Origin: Oopsacas minuta
Lineage: Eukaryota > Animalia > Porifera
Length of the DNA stretch: 64,000 bases
Direction of reading: 5' to 3'
NCBI GenBank assembly: GCA_024704765.1
Contig: JAKMXF010000309.1
Span: 124,001 to 188,000 of the forward strand
Part shown: positions 34,701 through 45,905 of the stretch, piece after piece
How positions within the stretch are numbered: position 1 is the stretch's first letter
Layout: each line of letters opens with the position of its first letter
The notes under the pieces: model-generated
The model's input: the letters and a program-made list of their open reading frames with translations, nothing else
The model's database searches: none
Told to the model about the DNA's origin: nothing
Translations under genes and position numbers: made by a program

Positions 34701-35431
34701 TGGTTATCAGTTTTGTCAACATCAACATCATGTTTCAAAAGTTCTTCCACGGCGAAATAGTTACCACGTAAGCAAGCATGATGCAATGCAGTTTGGTCAT
34801 ATTTATCTGTCGCGTTTATATCAAAATCATGGCTTTCCTTTGTTCCGTAGTCAATCAACATTTTAATTGATGCAACACTACAATAATCTGGGTTATCAGA
34901 AAAGTTCTGTAAATCCTCTTCACTCATTTCCGGGATGACTATGTTATTTTGTTCAACTGAAATATATCTAGCAGCGTAATGAAGTGGGGTATAACCTTCG
35001 TCTGTTTTTGCATCAATTTCTAATACGAATTTGTCCGTGCGTAGCAGTGCTAATAGGATCTTAAACCTATTGAACCTAGCAGCGTAATGTAGAATTGTAT
35101 GTTGGGTATCATCCACTGTATTTAACAGATCGTTTACGTCACATATTACCACACGTTTAGTAGCACCATATGAAGTTACTCCTCTGTTACCACGGGACCA
35201 TTTTATGTTTTGGCTATTTCCAATGAATTGCAAGAGTTCACCGAATTTCTCATGCCAACCGTCGCGCGCAGCTTGTAACAACTCTCTACGGAGAACCTTG
35301 GGATCGGTTAAACGCGAAATATGACTTGGTTGTTGTTCGAACTTAAATTCAGATGTTGAATGAGTTAGTGGGGATAGTTCTATATCATTGTTTTGCGGCA
35401 GTCCGGAATAGCTCTGGCGTCCTTCTACCAT
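31763..35431 (-). CDS. TRPA1: TRPA-like ankyrin-repeat ion channel, copy A, intronless, 1222 aa
   Basis: Long ankyrin array, 'LLKHPL..KW', 6 TM segments, pore 'MMAGEFEF', TRP-like 'NLLVGLAVDDIKGVQETA'. Confidence 0.9.
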   Translation of the reverse strand: MVEGRQSYSGLPQNNDIELSPLTHSTSEFKFEQQPSHISRLTDPKVLRRELLQAARDGWHEKFGELLQFIGNSQNIKWSRGNRGVTSYGATKRVVICDVNDLLNTVDDTQHTILHYAARFNRFKILLALLRTDKFVLEIDAKTDEGYTPLHYAARYISVEQNNIVIPEMSEEDLQNFSDNPDYCSVASIKMLIDYGTKESHDFDINATDKYDQTALHHACLRGNYFAVEELLKHDVDVDKTDNQNSTALHFACERGYTTIVKLLVEKTNILLEDFEGSTPFHLATVAASEDIFQILCKKLVTGTSEQIDCLRNNKDSDGHTVLHTAVLGGNKSCVNQCLRLGFRLDEEDNDGAQCIHLAAQLGRVNIAEILLSTKRQDLSSIDRSQNTPLHYAARYNRENMIKFLLRRGSDPNAQNLDSNTPFMVAASFGNVLAVKEFLKHANCKIDIADRYGKTALFHAIEKDEDLVVAEILNNQFGKQLVNEKTNEDMTPLHAVAKQGDVDILNLLLKTDNCEIFSQNDEEQTPLHVAALHGNAAIVRRLLEYAGEKTPDLLWDEDEYSNHALHLACQEGQFDVVEILIEYQASITTINSNKYTPLHLAAASGHVQVAEYLIQEEAPIDGDEKNKVSTPLLLACQAGHTLTVTSLLKHGADICKHEDGAEIGNNALDLAIDAGNEEVVEILIQHHDIRKALNNYTGTNEKPTTPLRKLITKMPLQAHKVLSLYMRDNIKEIGHTDDVKVKVDFNFEILDDVIPFQEFIVKYEEENNIKQPLLSNLYEKGRLKKEFHPLSIMVDHARLDLLKHPLIRTMIRQKWKTHARYLYYGNLLIYVIFVLLLTLFTYIVPSCDIEMNRTRSPQVCISSPGPGRWYGDTYGCDGCDTGRVITSIIFAALIILFAIFRLLFESGQIIGDIKNYFTSLDNYIEWFIYIGAIVFVSDVFSNRQESGACGYQRSYIWELGAFVVLLAWFNLAVFLRKLPLLGIYILMLLHVIVTFFRIMLLGLIFIIGFSVSFYMVFRQGDLCNQYRNPFSTFLKTVVMMAGEFEFDGLFNDISNTLDHPISSSVLWLIFVILIPIILANLLVGLAVDDIKGVQETAVLKRLALHVELVLNFEETFPFSTYSQRKKNLIKRKTLFPNKKSIFERISYVFGGQRSELIQDIVEALGLKKDRIDVLSNRTLTMEKNLFQMKRLLRKVESREENIESMLIKLTKKLISEEEKDVY

Positions 35432-35509
35432 CCCTCTAAATTGATAGATAATTTTATAGTCATAGATAACTAGGTAAGGACCACCCGTTGAAATACAATA
35501 TTCTATATA

Positions 35510-35749
35510 CAGTGGAGTTCGCCTATTAGCAAATCCTATTTGTATGAATTTCCTTACAAATAATTTTATATATATTATCTGAAAATTCGTGAATTCAGGA
35601 TAAAGTGAACAGATCGTGACCGTCTGTCAGTGTCAGTATTAAAGAGATTCCACTGATTTTACAATACAAAATGCACTTATGGCTATGATCAGAGTTGATA
35701 AAAGTAGACAGATTTTGCTATCAGACGAATCGCGAATAGGCGAACACCG
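35510..35749. mobile_element. pogo-like MITE ~80 bp upstream of the TRPA copy A start
   Basis: TA-CAGTGGAGTTCGCCTATT ... AATAGGCGAACACCG-TA. The same left end occurs at 9332. Confidence 0.65.
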
Positions 35750-36561
35750 TACCTAAAAACTTCTGTCAAATTTAGTTGGCTCGTATAGATGATGAGTATA
35801 AAGGAAGAAATTATTCGGACAATAATTACAGAGAAACTATTGAAGAATATATATTTTGGTAAATCATAGCTGTACTAATTTTTAAGGAACGTATTTCTCG
35901 GAAAATTTTTCGATAATTATCACTTACACGATGTGTTATAAGGTCAAACAAAAATAGTCGAATGTTACTACGTATAAGAAACAGAAATAAAGTAGAAGAA
36001 TTGGTAAGGAATGAATTAAATAAATTTCTAACTGATGGGTTGTATATTACAGAGCCTATATCAATTTTGGAAGGACGATATAGTTTATCTAATTAGCTCA
36101 AATATGAATTCTAAGAATATACTAATAATTAATTGATAAAACCTTATATATATATTTCCTAGGAAGATGATACTTGTAATTTACTATGGAGCTGTGTATT
36201 AACACTGTTTTAAAAGTATTAGACAAAATCATGGGTTGTTCAAACGTGTTCAAATGTACGTACATCGTTTCAATGCACTATTTAATAGTCTTAAGCTACA
36301 GTAAAATTTCGTGAATTAGATGTACATCGCATAAGGGAATGGTAGAAAACTAGAAATATACGCTTTATTAAAGAGACATCAAAAAAACAGGAGAAAAACG
36401 CTTTGCGTTCTTAATACGTAATTAAGTTGTCAGTAGAGTAAATTACTCTTATTTCTAATTGGAGACATATAACTGCACCTCTATCAACATCAGATGCTAC
36501 TGGGATGTTCCTCTCCTCTTCAATCGTTCTCTTTAAAAGGAGGACTCATAAAGGTTGATGC

Positions 36562-36834
36562 TCACAGAGGATCAGATAGTAGAAGCAATACAACTTTTTC
36601 GTTCATGCGAGAATGATATTTTCGTGATAGATGGATAGGTAATTTGGTTGTTTTGCTATCTGGGCCTTTGCGAGCAACTAGGTGGCTTGGTTTAACTTTC
36701 TCTATCGTATATGGTCCCAAATATTTCTTTGCATCTTTTGTTCCTGGGAGTAACTTGGCTTTCTTAATATTATGTACAAGTACTTCATCTCCTTCCACAA
36801 ATTCTGATCTAAAGTTAAAACAATAATTATACAA
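36562..36834 (-). mobile_element. Integrase C-terminal GPY/F-domain fragment (Ginger or Gypsy-like remnant)
   Basis: 'FVEGDEVLVHN...KYLGPYTIEKV' is the GPY/F signature. Preceded by an acceptor-like ttttaactttag at 36809. Confidence 0.6.
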
Positions 36835-37465
36835 AGTTTTCTTATTATTTCATATGTGTTGTTCAATTAATCCCAAATGATAGTGATTAGTGTATTTAAG
36901 CGTATTATTGGGCTATTCAGGTAAAATACAGCCACAAACCAAATATGTACTTCACTCTCGTTCTTAGAACTGCGATCTTAACTAATAAATAGGGAGAATT
37001 TAATGTACAGAGGATCAGAGACATTTGTACCTTGGATGTAGTTCAATACACTATTCGAGTGGTTGTCGAGCGTATTTGCGTTTTTGGTTTATGGCCGTTT
37101 TGACAATAAATCATTCAGGGTACACCTTTCAAATGTCCTAACAAGGGTTAAGTGGCCTTTCCCAACGCGGAAAGCAAGATACCAACTCTCACGCCTTACC
37201 CGTGAGTCTCAGAGGTCAAAATGTGAAATCTGAGCCATTTTAGGATTCTTCGCTATACATTTTGATGCTGAATGCCAAATCTCACAGCTTGTGGCGATAT
37301 CCAGGTCTGCGTCTATGGAAAAGTACGTACAAAATCTCTCCATCATATAAATATAAGTAAAGAGTTAAAAATATATCAAAAATGTATTGTTAATACTAAC
37401 AGAAAATAGTACAAGTAAATTTCTTTACAAACTCAACGAACTATCACAATAGCTAATCCGTAAAA

Positions 37466-38719
37466 TTATTTAAAGTAGATTTCAAAGTCAACAGAATCTT
37501 GATAGCTCACTACTTTATCAGTAACCAATGGCAATGGAATTGTAGCAATATTGTACACAATCTGTTTTATACAATGAAGGAAATTTTTCACTACAGACTG
37601 GTTCTTGTTTTCTGGGTAATATTCCGCGATAAACTCAAAATGAGAATTGGCTTTCTTTGTATTGTGACACATCAAAAATGTACAAAACTTAACAGTGAAA
37701 TAATTCGTATATTTAAGTATAACAGATATGCCAATTACGATACAAGACTTTTCTAGTTTATATTGAATACGAAAACTATGCGATTGATGCTTGAAAGTGG
37801 GTCCTTTCACCCATTCACTGTCAATTAGCGATAATCCAGTTAATGTCCAAAAATGTGAAGAATCGTAAGAACTTTGACAAATAAAATGATAGACACTAGC
37901 TGGATCCGCGACCATAGTTACTAAGTTATTAACTATGTCTTGTTGGAATTTGCTATTAGTTCGAAGCGATTGGTTTTCTTCCAACAAGAATTCAGTTTTC
38001 ATCTCCAAATGCTCAACTCTGAACTCTTTACAATGTGTATCTACATCCTTACGTAAGACTTTTACATTTTCACAACATCCATACGAAATAAAAGGACAAC
38101 CAACATTCAAATTGACACAAATATCATTAACATGGTCCTGCAGTCTACCTCTTTGAATCCATTCCTCACAAGCCAAAGGACAATGTACCAACGCTTCCAA
38201 ACAATTCAACTCGTGTATATTGTCATCACCGAATGAATAAAACTCATTACAAAATTCACAACATACTTTTCGTAGAGAACATTCATTTTCCAAATGGGAA
38301 GTCAATTCGCCACGTTCCACAATACAACCACAATCGTTATCACATTCAACTTTGTAACAAGGACATATTTCTAAATGTCCTTCCAATTCTGTCAAAATAC
38401 CTTGCCAAACACAACCTCGCTCTTTTAAAGGACAATTAGCTTGAAGCTGAGCTACTACGTCACGATCAGGGCTAAGCGGATTCCCTTTATCTTCCTTAGA
38501 ACAATCAGAACACACGAATGTCTGTGGATTTCCTATACCGCATGGATTTCTCATTACTCCCTCACAATATGCGCATATAATAAATGATCTTACATACGAA
38601 GCTATGTCATCTATCAATAAGGAAGATTTATACCCACCAAACTTGCCTTCAAACCTTACATAAATCAATTCATTAATGTTATGAATTTTATCGACAATTA
38701 TTGAGTGCTTTTCAGCCAT
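37466..38719 (-). CDS. TRAF-like protein (degenerate RING, TRAF-type zinc fingers, coiled coil, divergent MATH-like C-terminus)
   Basis: 'CPLKERGCVWQGILTELEGHLEIC', 'CDNDC..RGELTSHLENEC', 'CPFISYGC' and 'H.K....EHL' motifs. Confidence 0.8.
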   Translation of the reverse strand: MAEKHSIIVDKIHNINELIYVRFEGKFGGYKSSLLIDDIASYVRSFIICAYCEGVMRNPCGIGNPQTFVCSDCSKEDKGNPLSPDRDVVAQLQANCPLKERGCVWQGILTELEGHLEICPCYKVECDNDCGCIVERGELTSHLENECSLRKVCCEFCNEFYSFGDDNIHELNCLEALVHCPLACEEWIQRGRLQDHVNDICVNLNVGCPFISYGCCENVKVLRKDVDTHCKEFRVEHLEMKTEFLLEENQSLRTNSKFQQDIVNNLVTMVADPASVYHFICQSSYDSSHFWTLTGLSLIDSEWVKGPTFKHQSHSFRIQYKLEKSCIVIGISVILKYTNYFTVKFCTFLMCHNTKKANSHFEFIAEYYPENKNQSVVKNFLHCIKQIVYNIATIPLPLVTDKVVSYQDSVDFEIYFK

Positions 38720-39848
38720 TTTTACAGAAGTAAATAAACGTGAATTCAAATGTAAAATTTTGTTATGCATAACGTAAGGTTGTTACTATAACTAGTTGTA
38801 ACTACCAAATGATATTTGATCCCAAAATAATATACACTCAAAGATCAAGGGCAGGTACCATGCAGGACATGGTTTAATGGTTGTATTCAATCATAAGGGC
38901 TGAGTTCATGAGTCGGATTTATATTTTGGTACACGATTTGCGATATATGTTCGTAACATTAAAATTTACTGTTATCAATATAGTATATCGCGAAATCAAA
39001 TACAGGGATCCTGGGAGCTTGGTATCATGTTCCGCTTCGGCTAGCAAGTTATATTATCAGAACTCAACCATCAGCAAAGGAAATTAATACTCGCATGCAT
39101 TCAAATATTGTCTACGGTTACGTCACCAATTAAAATAAAGCTAGGGAAATTCCGATTATTAGAGGTATTTACAGGGACATTAGGGATCAAGAATCTATTC
39201 AACAAAATGTCGACTAAAATATAGTCTGGTCAGGTTAAACACTCATATTATAGAACTCACTTTCTGGGAATTAAGAAAACTACAGCCAAACTGGCATTTA
39301 AAACATCTGACTGATATATAATAGCACAGTCGGAATTGTTAATAATGGCTACCCAAGGGACTGTCACAGGTGGACTTTATGAGCGGTGAAAGATTTATAT
39401 AGTTGAAGTTATATAAGGTAGTGGTCGTTAGGAACAGGTTTGACGTCAGTAAGGGATCAAAAATGGTGGCTGCTGGCCTCGTTGAGATGACTATACAGAG
39501 GTCATTATAATGGAAAGTCGGAGGGGACTACTCTTATGGGCCGATATGACTGTTATACAGAGGTAGCCGTTAAGCAGGCTATTTCAATTTCATAAAAACA
39601 TAATCCTCGATAGAAAGGTCCCGAACTCCATATATGTGCTCTTATTCTATCAACTATAATTCCCATAAACTCGTACACTCAAATATATATTCAAATAAAA
39701 TTAGACAATAAACAGTCAATAAAGTTCCTCTAAACCTACATCTAACACAAACTATAATCTATTGATCTCTACAATAGGATTACAATATTAGAAATGAATA
39801 CATCTAGCCTATTAAAATATTCCATACGGTCTTAGCATTACGAAAAGT

Positions 39849-40691
39849 TCATTTCATCTCAACGGAAAGTGTCATTGATGCGTTGAATTCTTGGTTTGGC
39901 TCTAAGCATACACGGTTCGAGACAAACCCTGGCTCTACGCATACCATATGCGCAAACTCGTCGTCACCGAAATCACTCATTTTCTTCGCGCCTTCAGTCC
40001 AAGGATTCCAAACAACAGTGTCAGGGAAATTCTCCTTGTGTATCACGACAACTCTATTTTTATTCGGGTCTAATAACGCATGTGGTCCTATAACATTTGG
40101 AAATATCTTATCAGTAGCAGATGTGATTTTCACTTCATTTTCTTTCTGAACAAACTTAGCTCCATCTTTGTTCTTATCAAAGTAATGGGAATTTTCGAAA
40201 CCAGTAACAGAGATAGCTTCTACGTTGGATACAGAGAAGTATGGGTGTAATAGTATAGTGAAATCAAAGGGTTTAGGACTATTATTCTCTACTCCGACTT
40301 TCAATTCAAGAGTTGTATGAGTTAGCGTTATAGAGTATAGTAGTGTAAACTTGTATCCCCAAGCATTATCAGTTTGTTGATCGTTCAGTTCTAATATCGC
40401 GGTTATTGTCCCTTCATCTAGTGATGTAGGCGGGTGGTAGACAGACCAACGTGCGGTTCTTGCGAACCCATGCTGGGGCCCTAAATCCCAGGGGCCGAAC
40501 TGCGGGAAACAAATAGGTACTCCACCTCTGATAGCTTTCACATTATCAAATACAGCTTTAGAACTTAGAAATAATATTTCTTCACCTTTATGTCGCCATG
40601 ACGTCACAGTAGCACCGTGTCGACTGACAGAGACACTGTTATTTGCGTCTAGTTCTAGCATTACAAGATCATCTACTGTAGCAGATGCCAT
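39849..40691 (-). CDS. Glucose-6-phosphate 1-epimerase / D-hexose-6-phosphate mutarotase (aldose 1-epimerase fold)
   Basis: 'KAIRGGVPICFPQFG', 'QHGFAR', 'LHPYF', 'VVWNPW' and 'MVCVEPG'. Confidence 0.92.
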   Translation of the reverse strand: MASATVDDLVMLELDANNSVSVSRHGATVTSWRHKGEEILFLSSKAVFDNVKAIRGGVPICFPQFGPWDLGPQHGFARTARWSVYHPPTSLDEGTITAILELNDQQTDNAWGYKFTLLYSITLTHTTLELKVGVENNSPKPFDFTILLHPYFSVSNVEAISVTGFENSHYFDKNKDGAKFVQKENEVKITSATDKIFPNVIGPHALLDPNKNRVVVIHKENFPDTVVWNPWTEGAKKMSDFGDDEFAHMVCVEPGFVSNRVCLEPNQEFNASMTLSVEMK

Positions 40692-41774
40692 TGTGTTCTA
40701 TTGGTTACTAAGATCGGAAAATATCAGATGTATTGTTACGGTTGTTAAATGATACGAGAATGGATATGGAAAGATTAAAATAGTTTCAAAAAAATTATGA
40801 TGAAATATATTGAAACGGTGGGATAACGAATATTAACCTACCATCAGGGGTGACCACAGGATCTAGCAGACCCAGGCCGGGACCAGAATTTAAAATCCGG
40901 GGCAAATAAATCTAAATGTAGTATGAATTATATTATCCTGATTCAAAATTGAGTATTAGAGAAATGCAAAAAGTGAGCTTCAAGTTAGACCCAAATGACA
41001 AAAGCAGCAGGTGAGAGAGTTAACCAATTCAATCTGTAGAGAGTAATAGACGAGATTCCCATATATATATAGCTGAGCTATAGTGTAGTATAGTTTTCGC
41101 AATACAAAAAACCCATACCCTCATTCGAAAAGGTGACTTTCATTAATCCGAAAAATGACCTTTCCTCGAAGATAGAAAAGCTAATACACACAACTGTACT
41201 ATAGTATAGCTGAGCTATATATGTTATTTGCAAGGAAAACTAAAGTCTCGAACGAGATGTAAGAAATTAGATATCAATATTGTTTTTGTATCAGGCATGA
41301 TTAGATAATAAATCTTGCGGGTCAATGGCTCACAATCTTTCTCCTCTTCGAAACAAGAAATATTTCACATTTTAACTGGCCTATGACTTCCATTGGACAA
41401 TAATACATATTTTCTGTGTCTAACTTTAACCAATTACCATTTACGAAATACAAATGGACCCAAGTTCAAGGACCCGAGAATGAGCGTCTACACAGCTACG
41501 TACATATGCAGTCCTTATCTGAATGAATCTATGATGCATGATATATCTATATAATGAGAGTTGATTCCGTTCATCTGCATCCGAAAAGCGAATAGACTAA
41601 ACTTTCAGTTCCATTAACCGACCATATCTCTTACTACAAAAGATAAATACAATTTGAATATTACAAAAATACAATTACTTACAATTGTTCCCGAGTCAAT
41701 AGTATTTGTATAGTTAAAAAAACACGTACGTATATGCAAAGGTCAATCAATTAATGCAAAAACTTCCTCTTCTC

Positions 41775-44700
41775 TCAGTCACTTTGAATATCTTCCGCTT
41801 GCGCTGGGATTAACTTGTTTGTAAGTTGGGTCAACATTTTTTCAATATTCTGTTCTCGGATTTCAAGTTCTTGTTCTCTTTTTTCAATCCTATGTTCCCT
41901 TATCTCAATTCTTCGTAAAGATCTTCTGATTTGAAGATTGTCATTCTCAAGTTTTTGTTTCCAATTCGGGGTATTTATTTTGACATTTGTTTGTTTCGTT
42001 TCCAAAGCTTTCAAAACATCTTTCATCTTGATTAAGGCCTTGAAACCGAAAGTAATTAAAATTCTAGAAATAATAGATTTCTGATTTGGGTATAATTTAA
42101 CGGTTTTCAGCGCAGATCTTTTACGCAGCGAGTAAATCGAAAAGGGAAAAGTTTCTTCGAAAAATAACAACAAATCTATCTTAAGGACGATTCGTTTCAA
42201 AGTAGCAGATTCTTGTACACCCTTGATATCATCGACTGCCAAACCAACAAGCAAATTCGCAAGAATAATCGAAACGAAAACAATGAAAACCAGGAACAGA
42301 ATGTAACTTGATATTGGATGATCGAGTCTCCTCGTAATATCATTGAATATATTATCGTATTCAAATTCCCCAGTTAGCATGACAGTAGTTTTTAGCAATG
42401 TACTGAATGGGTTACGATATTGACTACAGAAATTTTGTTGCCTAAAAACCATGTAAAACGAGACAGAAAACCCAATAAGAAACGCAAGAGCGAGTAGAAT
42501 AACGCGAAAAAATGTTTCTATCACATGCAGAAACATTAATATGTATATACCAAGATGTGGAAGTTTGCCAAGAAATACGACCAAGTTGAACCAAGAAAGC
42601 AGAACCACAAATGCACCTAGCTCCCAGATTAGAGAATTTTCAAAACCACATGCGCCTACTTCCTGTCGAATCTTGAATACATCTGATACATACACGATTG
42701 AACCAACATAAATAAACCATTCGAGATAATTTTCAATGCTTAGGAAATAGCCTTTTATGTCACCAAATATTTGAAGAGATTCGAATAAAAGTCGGAAAAA
42801 TGCGAACATTATTATAAAAGCAGCCATGACGATAGAACTAATCACACGACCTTCATTGCATCTGGTTGAAGAACAACCATATGTATCTACATACCAGTTA
42901 GAAGCCCCTGGGTCAGAACCACAATAGTTGGAATTACGATTATTATCGAAACCGAGCTCGTGATCAAACCTAAGATCACAGGAAGGAACAACATACGTGA
43001 ATATAGTTAATAGAAACACAAACGTGAAGTATGATATAAGATTCCCGTAGTACAAGTAACTAGCTCTTGTACTCCATTTTAACCTCATCATTGTCAAAAC
43101 TAGCGGATGGTTTAAGAGATCAATTCTAGAGTGTTGTACCATAAACGAAAATGGATGAGATTTCTTCTTGAGGCGCGAGGCATCGTAAAGATGAGATGCG
43201 AGTGGTTTCTTAAGTTTATATTTATCTTCATTGTGTAAGTAGAAAGTTTGAAATGCTTCTACGTCATCTAGCAGTTCAAAATTAAATTCTACGGCTACCG
43301 CTGGATTTTCTGGTGAATCAAATTGATTGAAATTACAATTAATATACAAGGACATTACCTTGTACGCTTGAGTTGGCATTTTTGGTATCATTTTTCGCAA
43401 TGGAGTAAGTACTTTACCGTGAATGAAAGTGTAATTTTTCAATGCTTTACGTATATCATGATGTTGTATTAAAATCTCAACTACCTCTTCGTTACCAGCG
43501 TCAATAGCTAGATCTAGTGCATTATTACCTATCTCAGCTCTATCTTCATGCTTACAAATATCAGCACCGTGTTTTAAGAGTAATTTTACCATTAAAAGAT
43601 GACCGGCTTGGCAAGCCAAAAGTAATGGAGTAGAAGCAGTGACGTCACTGTCTATAGGTGCTTCCTCTTGGATGAGGTACTCGGCGACCTGGACATGGCC
43701 AGCGGCAGCTGCGAGATGTAACGGAGACCTGTTATTGAAATTAATAGCATTGATATTAGCCCGAGCCTTCATTAACAATTCAACTACTTCCAGCTGTCCT
43801 TGTTCACAAGCTAAATGTAATGCAGTATTCCCGTACATATCTTCATCACCCAACATTTCTATTGAAACTTCTTCCAAATAGTCTAACAATCTCTGAACGA
43901 TTGTAGCTTTACCACTAAACGCAGCCACGTGTAATGGGGTCTCTTTAAATGAATTCAGTGCTACGACGTCACAATTCTTCGTGTCTAATAGGAGATCTAG
44001 TATTTCAACGTAGCCGTGTTTGGCTACCACGTGTAGTGGTGTTTTATCCTCATCATCTTTCTCATTTACTAACCATCTACCTCTCCGATGGTTCAGTATC
44101 TCTGTTACAACTAGTTTTTCGTTCTTCTCGATTGCAATAGATAGAGCATTTCTCCCTAGTCTATCTCTTAACTCTACTTGACAATTCGTGTGTTTGAGTA
44201 TTTCCATTACTCCCATTGCTGATCCGTAGTAGACAGCCAACATGAGTGGAGAATAGGAATTTAGATTTTTTGTGTTAATACATGCGCCTGTATTCAATAG
44301 GAATTCTATCATAGAATATCTACAGTTTCTCGCTGCGTAGTGTAACGGTGTATTTTGAGTTCTATCAATCGCACTGATGCACTCAGGATCTGTTTCCAGT
44401 AGCAGAGCAGCGATAGATACCTTACCCTGTTGTGCAGCCAAATGAATTGGTTTTGCTCCATCCGTATTCTCACTGTCGAGTGTAATTCCTATCTCAATAC
44501 AGAGTGTAACACACTTCTCATTGCCACCAAGGCAAGCAGAATGCAAGATTGAATTACCTTTAACGTCATTACACACAGTTAATAGGTGTAAATTATTGGG
44601 ATCAATGCTAATGAATTTGGTATATAGGATACTGAATATCTTCTCCGAGCCAACGAATGCGGCTAGATGGAATGGAGTTAATCCGTGCATGTTACATGAA

Positions 44701-45509
44701 AATATGTCACATTTCTCTACCAACAGAGATACAATGTTAGAATATCTCCTCTCACAGGCAAAGTACAAAGCTGTAGACCATTGACAGTCAATTGCATTAG
44801 TAGAAATTCCCTGTTTTAACAATTCAATTACTCCAAAGTAATTGCCTCTAACACAAGCATGATGTAGTGCAGTTTGTTCGAAAGAATCAGTTTTATTTAA
44901 CAGTTTATCACCTCCGAATTCTATTAAAAATCTCAATGATGCTACACTGCATTTGTTTGAATCCTGTGAAAAGCTCTGTATTTCCTCCTCACTTAACTTT
45001 TCAATATCTAAGTTTTCTTGTTCTACAGATATATATCTAGCTGCGTAATGTAATGGTGTATAGCCTATATCAGTTTCAACATTCAAATCTACATTATACT
45101 TTCCCCCGTTCTTTAGGAGAGCAGTCAATATGTTGAATCGATTATAACGAGCTGCATAGTGTAATATAGTGTGTTGTTTGTTGTCAAATGAATTCAAGAG
45201 ATGATCAATATCGTAGAATCCAATCTTTTCAACAGTTGAAATACTACTACGAGTCCATTTCATCTGTTTGCTAGTACAAATGAACTCTAGCAGTTCACTG
45301 AATTTCTCATCCATGCCATCACGTGCGGCTTGTAACAACTCGTTACGGAGAGATATATGGTCAGAGGAGCGCATACCGTGGGTAATAGGACGATTCGCCT
45401 CACTAATTGAATCTTGTTTACCTTTCAAAGGAAATAATTCAAGTCCCTCTGCTGAGCCTGTGGTATCCAGTTCAGAGTAAACAGGTATACCATCTTCTAT
45501 ACTAGCCAT
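41775..45509 (-). CDS. TRPA1: TRPA-like ankyrin-repeat ion channel, copy B, intronless, ~1244 aa
   Basis: Same architecture as copy A, pore 'MLTGEFEY'. ATG at 45509 (MASIEDG); the further upstream in-frame extension crosses (TA)n and a repeat. Confidence 0.9.
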   Translation of the reverse strand: MASIEDGIPVYSELDTTGSAEGLELFPLKGKQDSISEANRPITHGMRSSDHISLRNELLQAARDGMDEKFSELLEFICTSKQMKWTRSSISTVEKIGFYDIDHLLNSFDNKQHTILHYAARYNRFNILTALLKNGGKYNVDLNVETDIGYTPLHYAARYISVEQENLDIEKLSEEEIQSFSQDSNKCSVASLRFLIEFGGDKLLNKTDSFEQTALHHACVRGNYFGVIELLKQGISTNAIDCQWSTALYFACERRYSNIVSLLVEKCDIFSCNMHGLTPFHLAAFVGSEKIFSILYTKFISIDPNNLHLLTVCNDVKGNSILHSACLGGNEKCVTLCIEIGITLDSENTDGAKPIHLAAQQGKVSIAALLLETDPECISAIDRTQNTPLHYAARNCRYSMIEFLLNTGACINTKNLNSYSPLMLAVYYGSAMGVMEILKHTNCQVELRDRLGRNALSIAIEKNEKLVVTEILNHRRGRWLVNEKDDEDKTPLHVVAKHGYVEILDLLLDTKNCDVVALNSFKETPLHVAAFSGKATIVQRLLDYLEEVSIEMLGDEDMYGNTALHLACEQGQLEVVELLMKARANINAINFNNRSPLHLAAAAGHVQVAEYLIQEEAPIDSDVTASTPLLLACQAGHLLMVKLLLKHGADICKHEDRAEIGNNALDLAIDAGNEEVVEILIQHHDIRKALKNYTFIHGKVLTPLRKMIPKMPTQAYKVMSLYINCNFNQFDSPENPAVAVEFNFELLDDVEAFQTFYLHNEDKYKLKKPLASHLYDASRLKKKSHPFSFMVQHSRIDLLNHPLVLTMMRLKWSTRASYLYYGNLISYFTFVFLLTIFTYVVPSCDLRFDHELGFDNNRNSNYCGSDPGASNWYVDTYGCSSTRCNEGRVISSIVMAAFIIMFAFFRLLFESLQIFGDIKGYFLSIENYLEWFIYVGSIVYVSDVFKIRQEVGACGFENSLIWELGAFVVLLSWFNLVVFLGKLPHLGIYILMFLHVIETFFRVILLALAFLIGFSVSFYMVFRQQNFCSQYRNPFSTLLKTTVMLTGEFEYDNIFNDITRRLDHPISSYILFLVFIVFVSIILANLLVGLAVDDIKGVQESATLKRIVLKIDLLLFFEETFPFSIYSLRKRSALKTVKLYPNQKSIISRILITFGFKALIKMKDVLKALETKQTNVKINTPNWKQKLENDNLQIRRSLRRIEIREHRIEKREQELEIREQNIEKMLTQLTNKLIPAQAEDIQSD

Positions 45510-45562
45510 ACTAATATTTATTATCAAATAAATATATATATATATATATACATACAATACTA

Positions 45563-45905
45563 ATGACGGAAAGATGGTCGCGGGGAAAATTAGTTGTGGA
45601 AAATTGGTCGCGGGGAAATTTCGCCGCGAGGAAATATAGTCATTTACTTTTGTTGTTTTGATTCTAAATACTCTCAGCAACTCTCAGCCTGCTCCAGATC
45701 CAACGATAATCCAATCAAACACCACACCAGTTAACCAAATAGTCTACTGAAATGCTCATCTTCTCAGCTCAAGCCATTCTAGCTAGACAATCCAGAAAAT
45801 GCCAATTCTAGCACCTTCCAACGTGAGTTCTAAATACTCATAAATTCCCGCGACCAATTTCCTGGCGACGAAATTTCCTCGATCATTTTTCCGTCAACGA
45901 TACAA
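45563..45905. mobile_element. Foldback-like element whose inverted ends are built from short tandem motifs (aaaattggtcgcggggaaa)
   Basis: 45563-45640 and 45842-45900 are inverted, imperfect arrays of the same motif. Confidence 0.55.

Noticed and set aside
39849-40691. Horizontal transfer of the intronless hexose-6-phosphate epimerase
   Set aside because: Most genes here are intronless and the family occurs in eukaryotes. A phylogeny would be needed, and nothing in the sequence favours transfer.
45510-45680. 57-aa N-terminal extension of TRPA-B in the ORF track
   Set aside because: Non-ATG start; it runs through a (TA)n tract and the foldback repeat. The ATG at 45509 matches the paralog's length.
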